From assembly GCF_001462395.1 (NCBI RefSeq), contig NZ_LNTB01000001.1, forward strand, positions 1,380,001 to 1,412,000: 32,000 bases of DNA. The letters are read 5' to 3'. Every line of letters begins with the position of its first letter. The stretch's first letter is position 1. Below, piece after piece: positions 25,500 through 32,000 of the stretch. This stretch comes from Pyrodictium occultum (GTDB taxonomy: Archaea > Thermoproteota > Thermoprotei_A > Sulfolobales > Pyrodictiaceae). The position numbers were made by a program, and so were the translations under genes. A model generated the notes under the pieces. That model saw only the letters and a list, made by a program, of their open reading frames with translations, ran no database searches and was not told the origin of the DNA.

Positions 25500-27107
25500 G
25501 TGGCGCCACAGGGAGCCCATGGGGGCCTAGCCATGGAGAGCAGTGCTGAGGGCGGGGAGCCCGGGGAGGGCGCGAAGGGGGAGGGGCAGCGGGTCCTGCG
25601 CGAGTACACGCTGCTCGAGGAGCCCCGGGTCGCTGTGAAGGTTGTCGAGGATGTGGATGGGAGGCGCTTCTACCATGTGGAGGAGCCGCAGCTCACCGAT
25701 GCCGGGAGGAGGGCGCAAGGGGAGCTGTTGAGGAGGATCATGGGGGACCTGCGGCTGCTGCGCCGGTTCTCGGAGCTCGAGGACCTGGGTGAGGGGCTGC
25801 GGGAGGCCTACGCCCTGGCTAAGCCCCTGCTCCGGCGGTGGGGGAGGAGGCTTAGGAAGGCCGGCGTGGACCCGGAGAAGGAGGCCATGGGCGTGGCGTA
25901 CTATATCGCGCGGGACCTTGTGGGGTATGGGAGGCTCGACCCGCTCATCCGCGACCCCCATATAGAGGATATATCGTGTAACGGCCTCTACAGCCCCGTG
26001 TTCGTCTACCATACCGAGTTCGAGTGGCTCACCACGAGCCTCACGTTCAACGACAGGGGGGAGCTCGAGCGGGTCGTGATGAAGCTTGCCCTGCGGGCTG
26101 GCCAGGAGCCCAGCCTGGCCCGGCCCGTGGTTGAGGGCGTGCTACGGCCCGAGGGCTACCGCGTGCACATAGTGCTCGATATAGTGTCGCGGAGGGGCCA
26201 CAGCTTCACCATTAGAAAGTTCCGGGCCGAGCCCTTCACCATCGTGGAGCTGCTGCAGCGGCGCACCCTCGACGAGGGTGTCGCGGCGGCCCTCTGGGCG
26301 GCAATCCAGTATAAGCAGGGCGTGGTTATCTACGGGCCCACGGGGTCCGGCAAGACTACGCTGCTGAACGCGCTGGCCATGCTCCTGCCCCCCGAGTACA
26401 AGATCGTCACTATCGAGGACACGCCGGAGATCTACATACCGTTCCACGACAACTGGGCCGCCATGCACACGAGGCTCTCCGACGCCCCGGGCGTCCAGAA
26501 CGTGACCCTGCAGGCCCAGGTGGAGAGCGCGCTCAGGATGAGGCCCGACGTGATAATAGTGGGCGAGATACGCAGCCGCGAGGCCTATGCCTTCTTCCAG
26601 GCGCTGGCGACGGGGCACGGGGGGCTGACCACGGTGCACGCTGAGTCGGCGGACGTGCTTATCAGGAGGCTCGCCTCGCCGCCAATGAACGTGCCTAAGA
26701 GCATAATAGCGGCCGCCAAGCTCTACGTGAACATCCTCCGCATAGAGAGGGGCGGGCAGGTGATCCGAAGGGTCACCCGCGTGGACGAGACGGGATCCTA
26801 CGACCCCGACCGCGACGAGATAGAGCTCGCAAGGCTCTTCCAGTGGATGAGCAGCGAGGACGACTGGAGGCTTATGGCGAGGGAGAGCAGCTTCGTAAAA
26901 TCCATAGCCGAGCTTCTAGTGGTCAGGCCGGAGGACGTCTGGAGGGACCTACAGATGAGGGCCACAGTGCTCCGCTGGGCCGCCAAGCGGGGCATGGACA
27001 CGCTGGAGCTGCACGAGACGGTTAGAAGGTATATGCGCGACCCTGAGAAGACGTACCAGGAGGCACTGGCCGAGGTAGAGCCCTACGAGTTCAAGCCCCC
27101 ACGGTGA
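25500..27107 (+). CDS. Type II/IV secretion-family ATPase, archaeal FlaI/ArlI / pilus-assembly type
   Basis: 535 aa. The FlaI-like N-terminal part is YTLLEEPRVAVKVVED..RRFYHVEEPQL. Other motifs are Walker A GPTGSGKTTLLNAL, IVTIEDTPEI, DVIIVGEIRSREA and GHGGLTTVHA. An alternative start is ATG at 25533. Confidence 0.85.
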   Translation: MAPQGAHGGLAMESSAEGGEPGEGAKGEGQRVLREYTLLEEPRVAVKVVEDVDGRRFYHVEEPQLTDAGRRAQGELLRRIMGDLRLLRRFSELEDLGEGLREAYALAKPLLRRWGRRLRKAGVDPEKEAMGVAYYIARDLVGYGRLDPLIRDPHIEDISCNGLYSPVFVYHTEFEWLTTSLTFNDRGELERVVMKLALRAGQEPSLARPVVEGVLRPEGYRVHIVLDIVSRRGHSFTIRKFRAEPFTIVELLQRRTLDEGVAAALWAAIQYKQGVVIYGPTGSGKTTLLNALAMLLPPEYKIVTIEDTPEIYIPFHDNWAAMHTRLSDAPGVQNVTLQAQVESALRMRPDVIIVGEIRSREAYAFFQALATGHGGLTTVHAESADVLIRRLASPPMNVPKSIIAAAKLYVNILRIERGGQVIRRVTRVDETGSYDPDRDEIELARLFQWMSSEDDWRLMARESSFVKSIAELLVVRPEDVWRDLQMRATVLRWAAKRGMDTLELHETVRRYMRDPEKTYQEALAEVEPYEFKPPR

Positions 27108-27114
27108 GCACCCA

Positions 27115-27981
27115 TTGAGCCCCGTGGCCTGGCTGGCCGGCATCGGGGAGAAGCTGAACCCGGACCTACGCTACCACGTCCTCGGCTCCGGGCTCTCCAC
27201 TAGCCTGGAGCGCTACACGCTCGCATACCTAATAGTAATGGCTATAGCCGTGCCCAGCGTAGCCGCCGCCGTGTTCACCCTCCTCGAGTACAGGGGTCTC
27301 CCCGCCGCGGTCGCCGCAGCCGCTGCGGCGGGGAGCGGCCTGGCCACCTTCACCATCATGCTTGCCTCCTACATCTCGCTCCCAATGCTGGCCTACGCCA
27401 ACAGGGGGAGCAAGCTGGAGCCCCGGTTCCTGCTCTTCGCCGAGTCGCTCTCCACCAAGCTCCTCGCCGGCGCAGACCTGGCCACAGCCTTCATAATGAC
27501 CTACGAGATGGAGGCGGAGGAGCTCAGGGACTTCCTCCTAGAGGTGGAGTACATAGCCTCCGGGCTGAGGGCCGGCATGCCCCCGGAGGGAGTCCTAGAG
27601 GAGGCCGCCAGGCTGACCCCATCCCCCAGCCTCAAGAGGCTCTTCACAAGCCTGGCGGCAGCCGCCCGCACGGGCACCGGGGTCCGCGAGATAGTGCTGG
27701 CGGCGATAAGGGAGCACCTCTACTCCCTGGAGACCGAGATAGAGCGTCTCTCCAGGAGTCTCGGCGCTATCCTCGAGGTGTACGTGGCTGCCAGCGCGAT
27801 GCTCCCAGTGGCGGTGGGCGTGGTGGGCCTCCTACTAGCCATAGGCTTCCAGGGTGCCGCTGCAATACCCGGGCTCAACATAAACAGTATACTGTTCCTG
27901 CTAACATTCATAGCCGTGCCCGTGGTCAGCGCCACCGTGGTGGTGCTGGTGGACTCTATGCTGTCCAGAGTGAGGATCTAG
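27115..27981 (+). CDS. T2SSF-domain membrane platform protein (FlaJ/TadB/TadC-like), first half-size gene
   Basis: 288 aa. TM helices flank a soluble helical domain (LFAESLSTKLLAGADLATAFIM...SGLRAGMPPEGVLEEAARLTPSPSLKRLFTSLAAAARTGTGVREIV...LSRSLGAILEVYVAASAMLPV), which is the usual T2SSF layout. It starts 7 nt after the ATPase stop. Confidence 0.65.
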   Translation: MSPVAWLAGIGEKLNPDLRYHVLGSGLSTSLERYTLAYLIVMAIAVPSVAAAVFTLLEYRGLPAAVAAAAAAGSGLATFTIMLASYISLPMLAYANRGSKLEPRFLLFAESLSTKLLAGADLATAFIMTYEMEAEELRDFLLEVEYIASGLRAGMPPEGVLEEAARLTPSPSLKRLFTSLAAAARTGTGVREIVLAAIREHLYSLETEIERLSRSLGAILEVYVAASAMLPVAVGVVGLLLAIGFQGAAAIPGLNINSILFLLTFIAVPVVSATVVVLVDSMLSRVRI

Positions 27982-28009
27982 AGGGGGCCGTGGAGAGGGG
28001 GCGTAGGCC

Positions 28010-28903
28010 ATGGAGAGGGGGCTCGCGAAGGCAGTGGCCGTTGCAGCCGCTGTGGGCCTCGCGGCCGCCTGGGTTATAGGCTACCCGGCCCTCGCCCCGA
28101 GGCTGGCCCGGCTGCTCCACGCGGAGTGGGTCACGCCCAGGTACAGTATAACAGTCTTCTACATGGTCCCGGTGGTGACCGACAAGGGCACAATGATACT
28201 CATAGCAGGCGCGCTGGCCGCGGCGGCGCTGCCCATCTACCTCTACGCGAGGCGCTACGTCAAGGTTATGGAGAGGCTGGATGACGAGCTGGCGGAGCTC
28301 CTCTCAACCTACGCGGGGCTGATCGCCTCCAGCAGGTCGGTGGCCGAGGCCCTCCTAATGGCCTCGAAGGTGATAAAGCCGCCGCTAAACACCTACGTGG
28401 AGAGGATGGCCAGGATATACAAGGTGACCGGGGACCTCGAGAAGGCCTTCGATGAAGCCTTCCGCGGCGCGCCCGCGCGGGTCAGGCTGCTCGCCCGCAG
28501 CATAGTGGCAGCCTCCAAGAGCGGCGGGCTAGTCCACGAGGTCCTCTCGGCGGCAGCGACCCACACCAGGGAGAGCAGGAGGCTGGGCAAGCTAACCCAG
28601 TCGAGACTCTCAGAGTACAGCTTCGTAGTCTCACTCGCGTCGCTCACCTACGCCGTGGCCGCAGGGATAGTCCAGGCCCTCGTGGAGAAGGTGGCCGCTG
28701 GAGGCGGCTTCTTCAGCTCAATGGTTAGCCCAGGCCTCCTCGGAGGCCTCTACTTCTACTCCCTCCTCGTCATAAACGTTGCCTCATCGATAGTGATAGC
28801 CAAGGTTGTCCACGGCTACACCATACTAGCGTCAAAGTACATAATGCTGCTCACAGCGGCAAGCATGCTAGCCTTCCTAGCCTCACCCCTCCTGATAAGC
28901 TAG
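28010..28903 (+). CDS. T2SSF-domain membrane platform protein, second half-size gene
   Basis: 297 aa with the same layout (DDELAELLSTYAGLIASSRSVAEALLMASKVIKPPLNTYVERMARIYKVTGDLEKAFDEAF...LARSIVAASKSGGLVHEVL...SEYSFVVSLASLTY). Confidence 0.6.
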   Translation: MERGLAKAVAVAAAVGLAAAWVIGYPALAPRLARLLHAEWVTPRYSITVFYMVPVVTDKGTMILIAGALAAAALPIYLYARRYVKVMERLDDELAELLSTYAGLIASSRSVAEALLMASKVIKPPLNTYVERMARIYKVTGDLEKAFDEAFRGAPARVRLLARSIVAASKSGGLVHEVLSAAATHTRESRRLGKLTQSRLSEYSFVVSLASLTYAVAAGIVQALVEKVAAGGGFFSSMVSPGLLGGLYFYSLLVINVASSIVIAKVVHGYTILASKYIMLLTAASMLAFLASPLLIS

Positions 28904-29036
28904 AGCATACACCCTAGCACCGAGCCCCCTCAAGACGCATCCATGACAAGCCACCATATACCCCATCAGTGCACAGCCGTTTCTCCCTACCGCTTCATTT
29001 TGTGTGAGAGTGTATCACTTTAGGGAGTTCCACCTC

Positions 29037-29066
29037 AGCCATCTGGATTGAGAAATCCAGATGGCT
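29037..29066. other. Perfect 13-bp inverted repeat with 4-nt loop (AGCCATCTGGATT-GAGA-AATCCAGATGGCT)
   Basis: Base-by-base pairing checked for 29037-29049 against 29054-29066. It lies about 135 nt after the platform gene stop, inside a 520-bp ORF-free spacer. Confidence 0.9.
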
Positions 29067-29247
29067 TCACTGGTGGCGGTCGAGGCTAACGGCACGAGCC
29101 TCCCATCCACGGGAAAACCCTCCAGGGCTTAGAGCAGAGCCCCCATCACCCTGGAGGGCCCTCAAATTACACACCTACACACAACAATACACAATGAAAC
29201 CTATAAAGTTTTCTGCCCCACGGAGGAGACGGCACCCCGCGCCACAG

Positions 29248-29302
29248 ACTATAAACATACTATAAACTATAATTTATATCATAACAGCGTTATACTATAA
29301 AC
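29248..29302 (+). promoter_or_regulatory. A/T-rich promoter-like zone with three ACTATAAAC copies and a TTTATAT box
   Basis: ACTATAAAC occurs at 29248-29256, 29259-29267 and 29294-29302. The last two share ATACTATAAAC. AATTTATATC (29271-29280) lies between them. The zone is upstream of the KaiC-like gene. Confidence 0.4.
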
Positions 29303-29422
29303 AATAAATGAGAGGTGCGAAGTACAGTGGTCACGCAGGATGGGGTATAGGAGTGCGGGAACGCGGCCCAGGACACCGGGCATACACTGGATGCTGAGCC
29401 CCCACAACACGGTTTTTCACAC

Positions 29423-31021
29423 ATGCTAATCCCGGATACAGGGTGGCTCCCCGTGACGGCCGACGCAGGCGTTAACGGGCTAACCGGCATGGGCAGCGCC
29501 AAGATGGAGATCTCGCCCTCCGGGATACCAGGGCTCGACAAGCTGCTCCAAGGAGGCTTCCCCCGGGGAGCCGTAATACTACTAGCCGGCAACCCCGGCA
29601 CGGGTAAGACGACATTCGCAGCCAAGTTCCTATACGAGGGCGCCCTCCAGCTCAAAGAGCCGGGCATATACGTCAGCTTCGTGGAGCCGAGGCATGACTT
29701 CCTCAGACACATGGCCTCGCTAGGCATGGAGTTCGAGCCGCTTGAGGAGGAAGGGCTCTTCCGCTACGTGGAAGCCCTAACCGTAGCCGATGAAGAGACG
29801 CTGGCATCCCAGCTCGAGGACATAATAAGGACGGCTACAGAGATGAATGCAAAGAGGGTAGTGATAGACAGTATAAGCGCCATACTCCAGATACTCCAGG
29901 ATAAACCGAAGGTCAGGGAGCTGCTCCAAAACTTCTTCGTCAACGGCCTCAAGCCCCTCGGAATAACATCAGTCCTGATAGCGGAGTACCCCTACGGAGC
30001 GAGAGTCGTAGGCCACGGCATAGAAGAGTTCATAGTAGACGCCGTGTTCATACTAAGGTTCAAGATAGAGCAGGGGAAGCTGCAGCGCATACTAGAGCTG
30101 CGGAAAGCCCGGTGGGCGCCAATACATCAGGCAGAGCTGCCCTTCTACATGAGGCCAGGCATCGTGGTTGAGATAAGCCTGCCAGAGGAGCCGGAAGAGG
30201 TGCCCCCGGTAGACTACACCAGGACCTGCAACGTGCTCGAAGCCCTCCTAGCCCTAAGCATAGGCGGGGAGAAGCTCATCGAGGTAAGCCTGCCCGGAAC
30301 ACGTAGGGATAGGGAGGATGCACGGAAAGTACTATCCAGCATACTCTCTATACCCGGAGGGGCCCAGGTTCTCGTAGGCCTCTCGAGCACAGTTAGCAGC
30401 AAGCTAATAGCCTCCCTCCTAGCAGCAGCCCTCACTAGGGAGAGTGGCAGGAGAACGCTAGTGGTGAGCTTCAAGTCGAGCCCACAGTCCATAATGAGCC
30501 TTGTACGGTGCCTGGCATGCAGCGACGCGGGGAACGAGCGGGAGGGGGGCGGGGACAGCTGCAGAGTAGATGACCTGTTATACGTGGTATCGCTCAACCC
30601 GACCGCCTACACGGTCAACGAGATCAACGACATGATAGACCTGGCTGTGCGGAGGCTCAAGCCAGACATAGCCATAACGGAGGGGCTTGAAATACTCGAG
30701 GCGGTGGCCGGCAAGGGGAACGAGAACTCTATAGCATATAACATGTACAATATGGTGCTCCGGTACAAGAGGAGGGGCATTACCGGGCTCTGGCTCCAGT
30801 CATTCCCGCTCCGCCAGGCGATGTTGAAGCAGGCGCTCGCCTCCATGTTCGACATGGGGATATATATTGAGGGCAGCCCCTACACGTCGTCCCAGCTAAT
30901 GGGTAGAGCCAGCAAGCTCGCACTGGGGCTGAGCCTGGAGGTTTACCACGCTATAGCCCATACGAGCTTCAATATGCTCGTAGACACCTACCGGCTCCTC
31001 CGCTGGAACTGCTTTGGCTAA
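29423..31021 (+). CDS. Two-domain KaiC/RecA-superfamily ATPase (ArlH/FlaH-like); second domain lacks a P-loop
   Basis: Domain 1 has GIPGLDKLLQGGFPRGAVILLAGNPGTGKTTFAAKFLYEG (Walker A), VVIDSISA (Walker B) and FILRFK...RILELRKARW. Domain 2 has the same length and layout, but the Walker A position reads VLVGLSSTVSSKLIASLL. The true start is probably ATG at 29489 or 29504 (MEISPSGIPGLD). GC is about 50% by spot count. Confidence 0.75.
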   Translation: MLIPDTGWLPVTADAGVNGLTGMGSAKMEISPSGIPGLDKLLQGGFPRGAVILLAGNPGTGKTTFAAKFLYEGALQLKEPGIYVSFVEPRHDFLRHMASLGMEFEPLEEEGLFRYVEALTVADEETLASQLEDIIRTATEMNAKRVVIDSISAILQILQDKPKVRELLQNFFVNGLKPLGITSVLIAEYPYGARVVGHGIEEFIVDAVFILRFKIEQGKLQRILELRKARWAPIHQAELPFYMRPGIVVEISLPEEPEEVPPVDYTRTCNVLEALLALSIGGEKLIEVSLPGTRRDREDARKVLSSILSIPGGAQVLVGLSSTVSSKLIASLLAAALTRESGRRTLVVSFKSSPQSIMSLVRCLACSDAGNEREGGGDSCRVDDLLYVVSLNPTAYTVNEINDMIDLAVRRLKPDIAITEGLEILEAVAGKGNENSIAYNMYNMVLRYKRRGITGLWLQSFPLRQAMLKQALASMFDMGIYIEGSPYTSSQLMGRASKLALGLSLEVYHAIAHTSFNMLVDTYRLLRWNCFG

Positions 31022-31189
31022 AGCTAACCTCCCCGGCCCCTCATCCGGGGCCGGTGGCATGTACCAGGCGCGTCGATACCTAATAGCCTAGCCAATAATT
31101 TATTCTCCTCACTGGCATTGTGTATTACGCTGTATGGGTCCTCCTCCTTACCTGGCCTCCCAGCAGCGCTGCGGTAAACACCTAATTGC

Positions 31190-31567
31190 TTGCTCACCCC
31201 TAGGGCTATGGGGGGGGGCAGCACGGCCCCGTCCCAGCCCGAGGGGCCTGGAATGGAGGAGAGGGCGGTGCAGCTTATCCGGGAGAGGCTGCGCAGTATC
31301 GCTCTGGGCGCGCTCGCGGTCCTGGACAGCCTCTCCTTCGCCACGTACCGCGTGGACTTCGCTACCCTCCTCCTGAGGGACCCCCAGGCCGCGTACAAGG
31401 TGCTCCTAGCCTACCAGCGGAGCCCCCATAAGGCGCGCCTACTCCTCCGCAGCATCCTGCTCCCCTTCGCCCAGTCGGCCACAGAGGTGCTGGAGGCTAT
31501 AGACGCGCTCGAGAAGGGGGACCCGGAGCCCCTAAAGCAGCTGATAAACCGGCTGAAGAAGGGGTAG
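31190..31567 (+). CDS. Hypothetical small helical protein
   Basis: High GC3. The probable start is ATG at 31253 (MEERAVQLIRERL...) or ATG at 31208, which is followed directly by a G9 run (31210-31218). No family recognised. Confidence 0.45.
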   Translation: MLTPRAMGGGSTAPSQPEGPGMEERAVQLIRERLRSIALGALAVLDSLSFATYRVDFATLLLRDPQAAYKVLLAYQRSPHKARLLLRSILLPFAQSATEVLEAIDALEKGDPEPLKQLINRLKKG

Positions 31568-31624
31568 CCCCCCGGGCTGCATTGATGGACGCCCGGGGAG
31601 GGTTAAAACAGTGGGTTGGAGGGG

Positions 31625-32000
31625 CTAGGCGGCTGGCTGCAGCTCCCCTCTCTCCTCCAGCCTCCTTATCGCCTCGGCGAGCTCGTGCAGCAGCTCCGCG
31701 GGGCTCCCGAAGCTCTCCTTCTCAACCTCGTCAAGGATCCTCTCTATGCTAACGCCGTGCCATGCTAGGCCGGCAAGCTTCTCCTTAACCTGCTCCTTGG
31801 TTACCGGGAAGCCTAGCCCGCGTATCCTCTTGAGCACCTCTACAGCCCAGTTGATGCCCCTCCTGGCGGTCACCGGCAGCTCGCCGCGCTCCTCCAGCCT
31901 CCTTATCGCCTCGGCGAGCTCGTGCAGCAGCTCCGCGGGGCTCGCGAAGCTCTCCTTCTCAGCCTCGTCGAGGATCCTTGTGGCGGGTATCCCGTGGTAG
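31625..32000 (-). CDS. Protein built of tandem ~79-aa DUF2795-like modules (N-terminus outside window)
   Basis: The frame is open from the right edge with no stop: ...YHGIPATRILDEAEKESFASPAELLHELAEAIRRLEERGELPVTARRGINWAVEVLKRIRGLGFPVTKEQVKEKLAGLAWHGVSIERILDEVEKESFGSPAELLHELAEAIRRLEERGELQPAA*. GFPVTKEQV...F.SPAEL resembles DUF2795. Confidence 0.55.
   Translation of the reverse strand, partial: YHGIPATRILDEAEKESFASPAELLHELAEAIRRLEERGELPVTARRGINWAVEVLKRIRGLGFPVTKEQVKEKLAGLAWHGVSIERILDEVEKESFGSPAELLHELAEAIRRLEERGELQPAA
31636..31978 (-). repeat. Intragenic direct repeat, period 237 nt
   Basis: 31654-31741 against 31891-31978 gives 85 of 88 identical positions by direct comparison. Weaker similarity extends about 18 nt further on the low-coordinate side. 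Confidence 0.9.

Noticed and set aside
29030-29075. Hairpin region (TTCCACCTCAG...TCCAGATGG...CACTGGTGG), considered as origin-recognition (ORB/mini-ORB) boxes of a replication origin.
   Set aside because: There is no good match to the TCCAGTGGAAA-type core, no repeated ORB copies in inverted orientation around an A/T-rich unwinding element, and no orc1/cdc6 gene nearby.
24931-31978. The various direct repeats (20-bp, 9-bp, 12-bp and 237-nt period), considered as CRISPR or mobile-element termini.
   Set aside because: Each occurs only two or three times, without regular repeat-spacer architecture, without cas, transposase or integrase genes, and without matching inverted termini flanking a cargo.

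Overview
High-GC archaeal chromosome segment. Hand counts on single 60-nt lines give about 60-77% GC in most genes, with three lower-GC patches near 50%. It most resembles a hyperthermophilic crenarchaeote. The supporting signals are a class III signal-peptide pilin, a FlaI/ArlI-type ATPase, a HerA-type ATPase, a short-form PurA, ATGA/TAATG start-stop overlaps, and A/T-rich TATA-like boxes in otherwise GC-rich spacers.

Contents:
1. Ordinary metabolism and transport genes: a LivM-type permease fragment, an OCD/mu-crystallin enzyme, a HemN-like radical SAM protein, DUF364, MscS, TsaC/YrdC, LysO/DUF340 pieces, a cupin, a B3/4-domain protein, and purA - FAD protein - purB.
2. A decayed BMP-family ABC uptake operon. 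Its binding-protein gene (14194-15516) carries two frameshifts and an in-frame TAG. Its ATPase is frameshifted and fused by deletion to the last ~45 codons of a permease (8237-9012).
3. About 5 kb lying between those two remnants. It includes a ~50% GC block with a translationally coupled cobalamin-type radical SAM gene and a SPASM radical SAM gene, plus a BASS-family transporter.
4. A type IV pilus-like locus (24.7-31.0 kb). It has one pilin gene broken by a 20-bp tandem duplication, a FlaI-like ATPase, a platform protein split into two T2SSF genes, a 520-bp structured spacer, and a low-GC two-domain KaiC/ArlH-like ATPase whose second P-loop is degenerate.
5. An orphan HerA-type ATPase with a C-terminal SWIM finger.

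No rRNA, tRNA, CRISPR array, transposase or integrase was found. Many long ORFs in the track are GC-driven antisense artefacts. The most system-like candidates are the pilus/KaiC locus and the radical SAM pair. All functional assignments rest on motif recognition by eye and need profile searches.
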